Virus record (IMG/VR): IMGVR_UViG_3300042991_000632
Location: 27,036 to 91,035 of that record
Source: a virus
Taxonomy: Duplodnaviria > Heunggongvirae > Uroviricota > Caudoviricetes
Direction: 5' to 3' (one strand)
DNA: 64,000 nt
Shown: piece after piece, positions 8,049-17,449 of the stretch
Numbering within the stretch: position 1 is the first letter of the stretch
Layout: every line of letters begins with the position of its first letter
Program-made: the position numbers and the translations under genes
Notes under the pieces: model-generated
Databases searched by the model: none
What the model was told of the DNA's origin: nothing
What the model saw: the letters and a program-made list of their open reading frames with translations, nothing else

Positions 8049-8357
8049 TTACAAATAGGTTAATGAAATAATTTTAAGGGATGATTTATATCTGATGAAT
8101 GATTCGAGGTCGTCAAGTTTCATAACGGAATAGTTCATTCCAAACTCAGTACCATAACAGACCTTTATCATTTGTTTCGTTATATCTTTCCATGACAAAT
8201 CAATAAATGGCTTCCTCTCACCATTTGGCTCGAAGACCTGTTCTTTTGGTATTCCGCATATTCTCAATACGCAACCTTTTTCATCATTCAGTCTGATGAC
8301 AACATCATTTTGTTTTTCGTCAATCTGCAGTTCGAATTCTTTAATTATCGTTTCCAT
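8049..8357 (-). CDS. hypothetical protein (102 aa)
   Basis: co-oriented packed ORF. Confidence 0.45.
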   Translation of the reverse strand: METIIKEFELQIDEKQNDVVIRLNDEKGCVLRICGIPKEQVFEPNGERKPFIDLSWKDITKQMIKVCYGTEFGMNYSVMKLDDLESFIRYKSSLKIISLTYL

Positions 8358-8366
8358 TATTATTAT

Positions 8367-8645
8367 TTATTTAAACCATTCTGTTCCTTCTTCTTCATAT
8401 GATTCTGGTTTTAGTTCGGGTTCATATCCAGATTCAATCCAAGCCTTAGACTTCTGTAAAAATTCACAGAGTTTATCCACCTGTCCACAAAACAATTGAA
8501 TGTGTTCAACACTATTATGTTGTGTAGTGTGTTCGATTTCAATCAAATCGAGTATATTACAAACAGAAACCTGAAGACATGAAGTGGCTGACATATTATC
8601 ATCAGTCGCCAGTCTTAATTTTGGCATGTTATTCTTTTTTGTCAT
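8367..8645 (-). CDS. hypothetical protein (92 aa)
   Basis: co-oriented packed ORF. Confidence 0.45.
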   Translation of the reverse strand: MTKKNNMPKLRLATDDNMSATSCLQVSVCNILDLIEIEHTTQHNSVEHIQLFCGQVDKLCEFLQKSKAWIESGYEPELKPESYEEEGTEWFK

Positions 8646-8648
8646 TTG

Positions 8649-8858
8649 TTATTTTGTTGATTTGTAATATTGCCTTATAACTCTTTCAAAAACTGATAAG
8701 AGTTCTTTATCGGGAAGTTCATTCCAATTCACATCTGATATATGTTTTATTGTTGGTATTGAAATATACATATTTGCCCAACGCATAGTTCCAACTCTTG
8801 AAAAGCCTCTTTCCTTTTCTTTTATTTCTTGCAGTCTTGCTATGATAAGTTCTCTCAT
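8649..8858 (-). CDS. hypothetical protein (69 aa)
   Basis: co-oriented packed ORF preceded by promoter-like motif. Confidence 0.4.
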   Translation of the reverse strand: MRELIIARLQEIKEKERGFSRVGTMRWANMYISIPTIKHISDVNWNELPDKELLSVFERVIRQYYKSTK

Positions 8859-8875
8859 GGTAATCTTTTTTTATT

Positions 8876-8905
8876 AATACGAAAAGAATTAAAAAATATT
8901 GCAGA
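8876..8905 (-). promoter_or_regulatory. promoter-like motif (minus strand: CTGCAATATTTTTTAATTCTTTTCGTATTA)
   Basis: variant of recurring TTGCAATAT...TTTACGTAT motif. Confidence 0.35.
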
Positions 8906-9226
8906 TTATAGCATTTTTATTTTAAGTTTCAGAAGTTCGATGTTAAGTTCATGTATTGCGTTTATCTTCAATTTAAGATGATCAATATCAGATTCGTTTG
9001 ACAGAAGTTTCTTTTCAATCCATTCTAAAGGTGGAAATTCGTTTTCTTCCAGTTCTGACATATGAACGTGATAGCCATAAGCATGACCACCATCAGAATT
9101 CTCTCCCCAATATTCCATAAGGGTTTCTTCTTTATCATTAGTGTCAATATCTGACTTTTCGACAAACATGTAATCTTCTTTGCTACCGCCTTGAAAATGC
9201 TTTACGAGTTTAATCCAGACTTTCAT
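8906..9226 (-). CDS. hypothetical protein (106 aa)
   Basis: co-oriented packed ORF. Confidence 0.45.
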   Translation of the reverse strand: MKVWIKLVKHFQGGSKEDYMFVEKSDIDTNDKEETLMEYWGENSDGGHAYGYHVHMSELEENEFPPLEWIEKKLLSNESDIDHLKLKINAIHELNIELLKLKIKML

Positions 9227-9237
9227 TTCATTTGTTT

Positions 9238-9705
9238 TTAATATTCACCACCAGTATTTCCATCACCGGAATCAAAAAACTTATTTAATTTTTCAATTTC
9301 TCTATTAACAACTTCGGTTAGTTTTTCGGGTGTTGGATTTATTAAAATATCTTCTTCAACCGGAATTTCAATTGGAATCTCAACCCACCTGTAAGATTTC
9401 CACCTACCAGTCATATATTCCTCATGCTTTTCCATTTTGATTATCTTGTAATAGCATTCGATTGGTGAATAACCCATATCGGTTCTGATCTGTTCGGGTT
9501 TATAATCAGAATAATGCAGGTCAAGAATTGTATGTGGTTCATCGGGAAAACCAGAGCATGCATTATTGAAATTTAATTCATGAAAAATCCAGTCACCGCC
9601 ATCTAAGCATCTACCCCATGCTATTGGATATACTTTATCACCAACAGCAAGGTTTTCATTGCTGAGTGTATATCTTATTCCGTTATGTACTTTTTCTATT
9701 TTCAT
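9238..9705 (-). CDS. hypothetical protein (155 aa)
   Basis: co-oriented packed ORF. Confidence 0.5.
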   Translation of the reverse strand: MKIEKVHNGIRYTLSNENLAVGDKVYPIAWGRCLDGGDWIFHELNFNNACSGFPDEPHTILDLHYSDYKPEQIRTDMGYSPIECYYKIIKMEKHEEYMTGRWKSYRWVEIPIEIPVEEDILINPTPEKLTEVVNREIEKLNKFFDSGDGNTGGEY

Positions 9706-9707
9706 TG

Positions 9708-10298
9708 TTAGTCGTAATTTTCTTTTGATTCAATTGCTTTCCATTTCCTATCCCAACATTTTGTGCAATAATGACCTGCGAAATACTGACCGCCATAGTT
9801 TTCTTTATGATTTTCAGGATCGAACTTAATGCCCTTATCTGATGGCATGGTTGTTTGACAGTCTGAACAGTGCAGGACATGATATGTAAATTCTTCCAGT
9901 CTTACTTTGATATCACGTATTTCTTCTATGCTAAGTTTGTCATTATCGCTGACATATTTCTTACGCCATGTGCCAATGGTTTTTGTACCTTTGTAATCCC
10001 AGATGGTTATTTCCCAACCGGAAGGTATGCCTTTGTTTCTACCAAGATATATGTGTATTGAGAATTCTTCACCGTAGATGTTTGTGATACGCAGGATGTT
10101 GTTATCCCAACTGTAATTAGCAACTGGCTTTAGTGCATTTCTCACCTTGTTATATATGCCATCATGGTTATTTGTTTCAAATTCCATGAGTGGAATATCA
10201 ACAAGACGGTCAATCCTAATTTCGATTGAGGGCGTAAAGAAAATGTTTTTTTCTTTCAGTTCGTCAGTTAACAGTGTTTTTGTTTCTTCTGGTATCAT
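9708..10298 (-). CDS. hypothetical protein with C-terminal Cys/His cluster (196 aa)
   Basis: HCSDCQ...HYCTKCWDRKW suggests a zinc-binding C-terminus. Confidence 0.5.
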   Translation of the reverse strand: MIPEETKTLLTDELKEKNIFFTPSIEIRIDRLVDIPLMEFETNNHDGIYNKVRNALKPVANYSWDNNILRITNIYGEEFSIHIYLGRNKGIPSGWEITIWDYKGTKTIGTWRKKYVSDNDKLSIEEIRDIKVRLEEFTYHVLHCSDCQTTMPSDKGIKFDPENHKENYGGQYFAGHYCTKCWDRKWKAIESKENYD

Positions 10299-10323
10299 AA
10301 CATCATTATGTTTATATATACAA

Positions 10324-10353
10324 TACGTAAACTTGTCGGAAATATTGCAGAAT
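10324..10353 (-). promoter_or_regulatory. promoter-like motif (minus strand: TCTGCAATATTTCCGACAAGTTTACGTATTG)
   Basis: recurring motif instance upstream of 9708..10298. Confidence 0.45.
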
Positions 10354-10365
10354 CATAATACTATT

Positions 10366-10614
10366 TTATGTTACAGCATCAATAAGCATTGCAAGTTTCT
10401 TGAAACTATCAACCTTTTCAAGCATAATGCTTCTTGCAAGGTCGCTTGTGTCCTCATAATCAACCATTACAAGTTTATTTGCATCAGCAAATATCATAAC
10501 ATAAAGTGTTTGATTCTCGTTTATGTTTTTCCTGAATTTCTTGGTATCACAATGACGAGTATCAAGTTCAAAACCTTTCGAGATCAAGAACTTTTCAAGA
10601 TTTACTTTTGGCAT
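10366..10614 (-). CDS. hypothetical protein (82 aa)
   Basis: co-oriented packed ORF. Confidence 0.4.
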   Translation of the reverse strand: MPKVNLEKFLISKGFELDTRHCDTKKFRKNINENQTLYVMIFADANKLVMVDYEDTSDLARSIMLEKVDSFKKLAMLIDAVT

Positions 10615-10619
10615 GACGT

Positions 10620-11000
10620 TTATTTTACATATTCTGCTTTCTGCACATCAGGATGGTAATACCATTTATTGTTATACCAATGCTTACCTTTGACTTTCCA
10701 TGTTGTGATCTTCATATTGCACTCATTAATTTCACCAATGATTGCCATTCTTTCCATCACATCCATTTCTTTCTGGTCAATTCTGTTTGCATCAATAGTT
10801 TCCTGCAAGACCTTTACGTATTCAGCATTTGTTTTGCTGTCGATTTTGCTTATTGGTATTGCAGCAAGGAAAATGAATACAAGCACGAAGAATACAATAC
10901 TTGCCAAATGCCATGCATCATCATTATAATCATCAATAAATGATATGATAAGGAATGCTACTGCAAGTACTGCGAAAATGATTAAAAATAGTCCACTCAT
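10620..11000 (-). CDS. membrane protein (126 aa, 2 TM)
   Basis: two hydrophobic helices at N-terminus. Confidence 0.5.
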   Translation of the reverse strand: MSGLFLIIFAVLAVAFLIISFIDDYNDDAWHLASIVFFVLVFIFLAAIPISKIDSKTNAEYVKVLQETIDANRIDQKEMDVMERMAIIGEINECNMKITTWKVKGKHWYNNKWYYHPDVQKAEYVK

Positions 11001-11022
11001 GATTTTAAGTATTTAATTGTTA

Positions 11023-11298
11023 TTATTCAAATTGTTTAAGTTCTTCTTCGTATTCTCCGGCAATTCTTTCATCAATGGTATCGGTGCTTAAAGCATTACC
11101 ACCACTGATATTATTTCCCAACTGTCTGAAATAATCTGCCATTTTCTCATAATGCCAACGAATGTCTTGGGGAGCATGCTTGGCTTTTAATTCGAATTCA
11201 TGCTTATAATGATAAGCAGTGTCAATTGCACGTTTTCTTTCTTCAACCAGTAATGCAATTACTTTTTCTTTGGTTGTTGTTACGCTGATGATACTCAT
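11023..11298 (-). CDS. hypothetical protein (91 aa)
   Basis: co-oriented packed ORF. Confidence 0.4.
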   Translation of the reverse strand: MSIISVTTTKEKVIALLVEERKRAIDTAYHYKHEFELKAKHAPQDIRWHYEKMADYFRQLGNNISGGNALSTDTIDERIAGEYEEELKQFE

Positions 11299-11299
11299 T

Positions 11300-11809
11300 T
11301 TATTTGCGTTCTATTCTTCCAATTTCGTTATTGCTTACATTGATGATCCGAATTGTTTTATCGTTGTAAGCATCGATAAACATCACAATAGTTTTGAATA
11401 AAGATTCTATTCTGTCTTCATCAAGTCTTTGTATCTGGAAATATCTGGTTGTGTTATCTTCTTTGATGCTTCCAGATATATCGCAATAATAATCTTCATC
11501 ACCCAGATCAAAACCAATGTGGGCATTAAGATTATCTTTTACGCTTTTCTCTTTGCAGTAATTTGCTGAATGCACACAGAAACTCATATCTTCCAGTTTG
11601 GTAACAACTTTCATTATCCAGTTCCAGTCACGATGAAACGGTAAATCGGTACGACCAGTATTATGAATTGAATATGCAACATATTTAGCAAATTCACCAT
11701 TTTCAAACCATGTTACGTTCATTGCTGCTTGACCATCAGGTTCTTGATACCAGCCTAAGAATTTGGCAATCTTTTCATTGCCTTCTGTTATTTCCGGTTG
11801 TGTTAGCAT
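11300..11809 (-). CDS. hypothetical protein (169 aa)
   Basis: co-oriented packed ORF. Confidence 0.5.
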   Translation of the reverse strand: MLTQPEITEGNEKIAKFLGWYQEPDGQAAMNVTWFENGEFAKYVAYSIHNTGRTDLPFHRDWNWIMKVVTKLEDMSFCVHSANYCKEKSVKDNLNAHIGFDLGDEDYYCDISGSIKEDNTTRYFQIQRLDEDRIESLFKTIVMFIDAYNDKTIRIINVSNNEIGRIERK

Positions 11810-11811
11810 TG

Positions 11812-12051
11812 TTATTCTATATCAAATTTGGTTATAACTTCTTTTGCTTTTGGATAAACCACACTACCTTTGATGATAAGGAAACCCTCACCCCAATAGT
11901 TTGTGTCATTCTCATCTGGAAGTTCTGGGAATGGAAGTCTTCCGCTACCATAATAATTATCTTCCAGTCTTGCAATAAGTTCTTTTTTCTCTATGGCTTC
12001 AACTGTTGTATCACCATCGGGATTGCTGATTATAAAATACATTTCTTTCAT
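11812..12051 (-). CDS. hypothetical protein (79 aa)
   Basis: co-oriented packed ORF. Confidence 0.4.
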   Translation of the reverse strand: MKEMYFIISNPDGDTTVEAIEKKELIARLEDNYYGSGRLPFPELPDENDTNYWGEGFLIIKGSVVYPKAKEVITKFDIE

Positions 12052-12064
12052 AATATTGTTATTT

Positions 12065-12541
12065 TTATTTTATAGTACATGACCACCAGTCCGTATGACT
12101 GTCTTGATTGAATTTCATCATTAAGCCAACATCTTTACACCATTGCACAAGAAAATGTGGCACAAGATGTTCAACATCAGGATACTGAATTATTTGCAGA
12201 AGCAGTTGTGCTTTTTCAATAAAGTATTCCTCGTTGTCTTCCAGATTTTTTAATATCTTTTTGGCATTTACTTTACCGTCTTTATTTGTTAGAAGTTCCT
12301 TTTTTGGTTTTTTTGTTAAGAAATGCTGGTCATAATCGTCAACAGCATATCCCGAAGAAATTAATGCTGTACCGATTCTCTCATATTCCCTATCGGAAAG
12401 CATTCCACGTTTGAACATAATAAGGTTATTTCCATTATTTGTGCAAACAATCTTATCCGGTTGGTATTCGACATTAAATCCCAACTTTCTCAAATATACT
12501 ACGAGTTTAACTTTCTTTGTCATTACAATTATGTTTTTCAA
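12065..12541 (-). CDS. hypothetical protein (158 aa)
   Basis: co-oriented packed ORF. Confidence 0.5.
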   Translation of the reverse strand: MKNIIVMTKKVKLVVYLRKLGFNVEYQPDKIVCTNNGNNLIMFKRGMLSDREYERIGTALISSGYAVDDYDQHFLTKKPKKELLTNKDGKVNAKKILKNLEDNEEYFIEKAQLLLQIIQYPDVEHLVPHFLVQWCKDVGLMMKFNQDSHTDWWSCTIK

Positions 12542-12743
12542 TAAAAAACATTATAAACATTATTATGTAAGCCAATACAATTGCTCCAATCGTACCCGAC
12601 ACAATCCATTTGACCGGAAGATTTGATGCAACGGAGGCATTGTAAACGTAAAGAGCACTGTTGCAAATATAGCAAAGAAATTGTGATTAAACACAATCTC
12701 CTTGAAATAATATTTGATAAATTGTTTATTCATATTGTTTTAT

Positions 12744-13922
12744 TTAAAATTCAAAATAATCCTTATTCAGTGCATCGGGATTGTCTTCCATCAAATCCCT
12801 GAACCTGACTGCAGAAATCAGTTGCATCTTCCAACCAACTTTAAGCGCACCATTCCAACACTTCTGACCATATTCATATATCTTCTGAATCTGTATTTCG
12901 GTCATTGGAACGTTTCTTCTACCAAGACGGGTGTTAAGACAACCTGCGAAGTTGATCTGATTACCATGTATCTTTACCCAACCAGTGCGTTCAAGCCAAG
13001 CATCGGGATTTCCAACAGTATCTTCTTCTTCCATGATAATATCTGAAACAAGCAATGCGTCTGCAATCTGTTGATGTAGCATGTTTGCGATCTCGCCATT
13101 GAGTGCATAGTAATCACCATTGGGTGCAAGCCATCCTGCAGACCAGTTATCCAATATGTCAACTGGCTTAATACCTGCTTCAATAACTTCGTCAATTTCT
13201 CTTGCAGCATCTATGTATTTCTGAACAGTATCTTCCGGTGCATCAAGACTAAAACTTAACTTCAGTGTTTGGTTTAGATAATAGGCTATGTCAACCAGAG
13301 TATCAGCAACATCACCACGCAACTGCATATAGTATTCGTAGTTCTTTGAACTGCTGAATTCATCAAAGGTTTGCATTAGCCATTCCATTGTGGATTGGGT
13401 CTTCATCGTTTCTTCAATGAAACGCTTTGTTGCCTCAAATAATGAAGAAATATTATCGATTTCTCTATTATCTCTTAATACTTCCAACAACGCATCATCA
13501 TCACCTGCAATGAATTTAAATATATCTTCGTATTTGAAACAGATATCGAAGCGACCATTATCTCTTTTAATTTGGGTTTGTAATGCTCTGAGACCTTCTA
13601 TAATATAGCCACCATGCTTTTTAATATCCCTTGCTCTGCTTTCCAGAAAGTAAACTGGATCAATCTTCGGGAAGATTCCGTCATGGATTTTAGGAATACG
13701 ATCAGTAGGCAATACGTTCTGTTCTTCTTCATCAACAATAAGCACCACATCACCTTTAAGTATCTGTACGGCAAGATCAGTAGGACAACCAGCAAGACTC
13801 TCAGTTATTGTCTTGAGTGCCTGTACGGGGTTGTTACGCTCTGTCAGATGCTCCTGTGCAATGCTTGCAAGTAATGCTCCGAAGTTCTCGCCAATCCTGA
13901 AGTGTACCGTTTCTGTTGCCAT
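12744..13922 (-). CDS. hypothetical protein (392 aa)
   Basis: long ATG-initiated ORF with promoter-like motif upstream; no motif recognised. Confidence 0.6.
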   Translation of the reverse strand: MATETVHFRIGENFGALLASIAQEHLTERNNPVQALKTITESLAGCPTDLAVQILKGDVVLIVDEEEQNVLPTDRIPKIHDGIFPKIDPVYFLESRARDIKKHGGYIIEGLRALQTQIKRDNGRFDICFKYEDIFKFIAGDDDALLEVLRDNREIDNISSLFEATKRFIEETMKTQSTMEWLMQTFDEFSSSKNYEYYMQLRGDVADTLVDIAYYLNQTLKLSFSLDAPEDTVQKYIDAAREIDEVIEAGIKPVDILDNWSAGWLAPNGDYYALNGEIANMLHQQIADALLVSDIIMEEEDTVGNPDAWLERTGWVKIHGNQINFAGCLNTRLGRRNVPMTEIQIQKIYEYGQKCWNGALKVGWKMQLISAVRFRDLMEDNPDALNKDYFEF

Positions 13923-13946
13923 GATTTAAATATTATTTATATGCAA

Positions 13947-13978
13947 TAATACGTAAAACTTTCAAATATATTGCAAAA
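13947..13978 (-). promoter_or_regulatory. promoter-like motif (minus strand: TTTTGCAATATATTTGAAAGTTTTACGTATTATTGCA)
   Basis: near-identical to the copy at 15685..15715. Confidence 0.5.
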
Positions 13979-13986
13979 CAAAGATA

Positions 13987-14640
13987 TTATTTATTTTTAC
14001 TCTTTCCATGAAATAATGCATGACATTTTTCACACAATACAATTAAATCTTTTAAATTATTTGCCTCATATCCATGTATGTCATATGTTCTATGATGCAC
14101 GTGTAATATACCACCTGAATTACATACTCTACATTTTTCTTTTGCTTCTTTTTTTAAATATCTTGATATTATGTTCCAATAATATGTTTTTAAAAAATCC
14201 CCATATGTTATTGATCTAATTTTTTCTGCAACTAAATCCCAATTTATTACATCTTCGGTGGGTGCTATTAATAATCCGCCCCTTAATTCCAATAATGTTT
14301 CATCAACATTATAGTTTTCATCAAATTCGGTGATAATATACTTATTAATATATTCATTAGTTCGATCTTGAATAACAACAGGCTTTTTTTCTTTAGCATT
14401 TGAACACAGTATGTTACAACCCTCACAACCACCATATGTGGGACTTTGAATCCAAATTTCTGGTGATTTTAATTTACATTCATAATGCGGATTAAATACT
14501 GCATCTCGAAATTGGGTAACAATTGTATTAGGTGCTGATTTATCCTCAATAATAATATTTGCCAAATTTGACATTTTTTGGTCTGGTGATCTTTCAATAT
14601 ATATGAGAAAATCACTTCTCTCTTCAAAATTTTTTATCAT
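13987..14640 (-). CDS. HNH endonuclease
   Basis: C-terminal CRVCNSGGILHVHHRTYDIHGYEANNLKDLIVLCEKCHALFH = classic C-x2-C / H-N-H / C-x2-C-H His-Me finger. Confidence 0.7.
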   Translation of the reverse strand: MIKNFEERSDFLIYIERSPDQKMSNLANIIIEDKSAPNTIVTQFRDAVFNPHYECKLKSPEIWIQSPTYGGCEGCNILCSNAKEKKPVVIQDRTNEYINKYIITEFDENYNVDETLLELRGGLLIAPTEDVINWDLVAEKIRSITYGDFLKTYYWNIISRYLKKEAKEKCRVCNSGGILHVHHRTYDIHGYEANNLKDLIVLCEKCHALFHGKSKNK

Positions 14641-14661
14641 GTGTTAATATTTTTAATCACA

Positions 14662-15156
14662 TTATGGTCGTCCCCAATATTTTTCCCCATGTTTTTTTTC
14701 CCATTCATCAACAGTAAGACAACCATCTAAAAATGAATCAATTTTCTCTTTTTCTTGAATAATTTGTTGTGCAATTATTTTCTCTTTTTCAATTACCCTT
14801 TTCTCAAGTTCGTCTTCCTTTCCTGCCCAGCCATAAAGTAACATTTCATATATTTCTAATGATTGATATCCATTAGGATTTTCTATTTGCATACATTTCC
14901 ACAATCTATTTACCAATGGTTGTACTCGATCAATATTAACATTAGTGTTAAGTGAATTAATATTATTTCCACCACCACCCATATCATCACTACTGATAGT
15001 TCCATCAGGATAAATCCAAGTATCATCACTTAGATAAACAGCACCAAAAGAGTTTATTGCATCTTTACAGCAATAATATACTGTAAATAAATCATCACAA
15101 TCTTTTTTATATAACTTCTTACCGTTATAATAAATTGGGTACAATTTTTCGCTCAT
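14662..15156 (-). CDS. hypothetical protein (164 aa)
   Basis: co-oriented packed ORF. Confidence 0.5.
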   Translation of the reverse strand: MSEKLYPIYYNGKKLYKKDCDDLFTVYYCCKDAINSFGAVYLSDDTWIYPDGTISSDDMGGGGNNINSLNTNVNIDRVQPLVNRLWKCMQIENPNGYQSLEIYEMLLYGWAGKEDELEKRVIEKEKIIAQQIIQEKEKIDSFLDGCLTVDEWEKKHGEKYWGRP

Positions 15157-15174
15157 AATTTTAGATATTAATTG

Positions 15175-15657
15175 TTATTTTGAATTTAAAAATTTTTCCT
15201 GTTCGGTTACTATTGATTTTCTTAACCCTTCATTTAACCAATTTTGTTCAAGAAGCCATTGTAAATATTCCAAATCAAATTTAATAACTTCTGATACTGT
15301 CTTTCCTTTATATTTTCCAAAATACAAATAATCATTTTCAATTTCAATTTCTTCCCATTTTAAATTATCAATTGATTTATGAAGAGATACATCATGTTCA
15401 TTACCTGAATTATCAATCACCCATACCCATAGCGAATCCTGACCATACACATGGGACGGTTTTACGCAAATTTTATTGGCACAATATAAATTTTTTACCT
15501 CTGGATTTGGATAATTCATTATTATCAATTCCCACATAAAATCAAGATCATCACCACTTATAGTTGTGTTCACATATTTTTTCATGATTTCTTTTGCATA
15601 TGCAAAAACCTCTTTCTTTGAATTAAATTTAATTCCTTTAATTATTGTTTCTTTCAT
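15175..15657 (-). CDS. hypothetical protein (160 aa)
   Basis: co-oriented packed ORF with promoter-like motif upstream. Confidence 0.5.
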   Translation of the reverse strand: MKETIIKGIKFNSKKEVFAYAKEIMKKYVNTTISGDDLDFMWELIIMNYPNPEVKNLYCANKICVKPSHVYGQDSLWVWVIDNSGNEHDVSLHKSIDNLKWEEIEIENDYLYFGKYKGKTVSEVIKFDLEYLQWLLEQNWLNEGLRKSIVTEQEKFLNSK

Positions 15658-15684
15658 AATAAATTTAAATTATTAATGCAATAA

Positions 15685-15715
15685 TACGTAAAATATTTGA
15701 ATATATTGCAAAAAA
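15685..15715 (-). promoter_or_regulatory. promoter-like motif (minus strand: TTTTGCAATATATTCAAATATTTTACGTATTATTGCAT)
   Basis: best-conserved instance of the recurring motif. Confidence 0.5.
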
Positions 15716-15741
15716 TCCCCGATATTTTCATACCGGGGATA
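15710..15741 (-). terminator. rho-independent terminator (minus strand)
   Basis: ATCCCCG-N12-CGGGGAT hairpin preceded by A-run on plus strand. Confidence 0.55.
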
Positions 15742-15828
15742 AAATCTCTTGGTCAACCACACGCAACCTACCAGTTTGTTCCACCTGCCGAAGCCTTGTC
15801 CGTTGTAGAGATTTTCGATCTCAAAAGA

Positions 15829-15856
15829 AAGTGGGGATGTATGGGACATCCCCGAC
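15829..15856 (-). terminator. strong hairpin / terminator-like element
   Basis: GGGGATGT-ATGG-GACATCCCC with T-rich flank on minus strand (TTTCTTTTG). Confidence 0.45.
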
Positions 15857-15968
15857 TTTCCGTACAAACCCTAAAACTAACACTATGAACCATCGAAAAA
15901 TGGTATGACAAATATACGAAATAATATTTATATTTGTCAAGTATTTTTGAAAATATTTTCAATATATT

Positions 15969-16235
15969 TTATTTATCAGTGCTCAATAGTGTTCTTTTGC
16001 ATGGACAACTTTCCATATGGACTATACCACCACGATAACAGTTAAGATACAAATGACTGTCAACCTCAATAATTTCATAACTACCATTTGCACCAAATTC
16101 CTGATAAACCCTTTTAATTCTCACTTCAGGTGTTACCACTGGTTGACGATTCTCATAATGAGAAAGTTTACCAGATTTTGATTCGCATGCTGTGAGCATG
16201 AGCATAACTGCTAATAATACTAATAATTTTTTCAT
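15969..16235 (-). CDS. lipoprotein (88 aa)
   Basis: MKKLLVLLAVMLMLTAC signal peptide with lipobox Cys. Confidence 0.5.
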   Translation of the reverse strand: MKKLLVLLAVMLMLTACESKSGKLSHYENRQPVVTPEVRIKRVYQEFGANGSYEIIEVDSHLYLNCYRGGIVHMESCPCKRTLLSTDK

Positions 16236-16247
16236 CTTTATTTTAAT

Positions 16248-16727
16248 TTAAAATCTTTCTTCCATTGCCAATCCGTCTGCGATCAGGTTATATTTATCTT
16301 CTGATTTGAACAGCATTGGTTTAACCGTAACACCAAAGTCTTTGAGATAGAACGTTTTAGCGTATCTGTTTCCAATTTTAAAACGATACATTTGTCTCTC
16401 TTTATTAAAAAATATTTCCCAGACTCTCCCGGCACGCCAGACCATGTTACTTCTTTTCAGTTCTTCCGGGATGATCCAATTGCTTTCAGGTATTTTGAAT
16501 AAATCATTAACAAGTGTGCTTAAACAACCAACGTTTGCATATGGATTTATTCCGGTATCTCTTATTTCTTTAAGTTCAGCGATTGCCTTCTTATGGTCAT
16601 AACTTTGATATGAAAATCTCACGCCTTGTATCATAAGTTCTTTCAGAACCTCATAAGGTATTAGATGTTCATCATCTGTTGTTACAACAACAGTGTTTGC
16701 GGTATTTTGAATTTGATTTAAGTTCAT
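16248..16727 (-). CDS. hypothetical protein (159 aa)
   Basis: co-oriented packed ORF. Confidence 0.5.
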   Translation of the reverse strand: MNLNQIQNTANTVVVTTDDEHLIPYEVLKELMIQGVRFSYQSYDHKKAIAELKEIRDTGINPYANVGCLSTLVNDLFKIPESNWIIPEELKRSNMVWRAGRVWEIFFNKERQMYRFKIGNRYAKTFYLKDFGVTVKPMLFKSEDKYNLIADGLAMEERF

Positions 16728-16736
16728 GGTTTTTAT

Positions 16737-16928
16737 TTAAGAATCTTCAACTGATTTTGCTGCACCACCAATAATTAAAAAAAGAAATATTATTGCGATC
16801 AGTCTTCCGAACCAACCGTGAATAAACCATAACATATCAAATGTTATGAATGCGCCAACTCCCCAGACAACTGCACAACCAACAACAAATGATATTAAAA
16901 AAAATATTATTTTTTCATGTGTTTCCAT
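16737..16928 (-). CDS. small membrane protein (63 aa, 2 TM)
   Basis: two hydrophobic helices. Confidence 0.4.
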   Translation of the reverse strand: METHEKIIFFLISFVVGCAVVWGVGAFITFDMLWFIHGWFGRLIAIIFLFLIIGGAAKSVEDS

Positions 16929-16940
16929 TTTTATTTGTTA

Positions 16941-17174
16941 TTAATGGTTTTTTCGTTTCCTTATTATTTTACCAGTATCACCCCAACGGTTTTTGAGAAT
17001 TCTCGTTTCACCATTTTTGTCAATGAATATGATCATCAATTGTTTAATGAAGATTCTCATTGTGTCACCAACAGTCCATTTGAAATCAGTTAGCGAAAGA
17101 CGAGTTACATTAATATCTTTGGAACATTCAATTAAGTCTTCCCTGCCTAAGATTAATACTTTTTCTGTTTTCAT
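16941..17174 (-). CDS. hypothetical protein (77 aa)
   Basis: co-oriented; start overlaps stop of 17174..17449. Confidence 0.4.
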   Translation of the reverse strand: MKTEKVLILGREDLIECSKDINVTRLSLTDFKWTVGDTMRIFIKQLMIIFIDKNGETRILKNRWGDTGKIIRKRKNH

Positions 17175-17449
17175 TAGTTTTGATTTTTTAGTGCTGGTTC
17201 ACAAGAATCAACAATATCATAATACTGTTTATTCTTTTGGGCATTGCTTGTTGTTAATACTTCATCCAGATGATAACCACGAACATGATCGGGTTGACTT
17301 AGGCAGATATAAAAGGTATTATCTTCCATAAATTTTCTTGACATATTGTTTGGACAGTTTCTTCCCAAACCCTTTTCTATTTTCCAATCCATGAAGTCCC
17401 TGATGCTTTGACTGATTACACCAACATAACGTTTCGTTTGCTTTTCCAT
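17174..17449 (-). CDS. hypothetical protein (91 aa)
   Basis: translationally coupled (overlapping stop/start) to the ABC ATPase gene. Confidence 0.45.
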   Translation of the reverse strand: MEKQTKRYVGVISQSIRDFMDWKIEKGLGRNCPNNMSRKFMEDNTFYICLSQPDHVRGYHLDEVLTTSNAQKNKQYYDIVDSCEPALKNQN

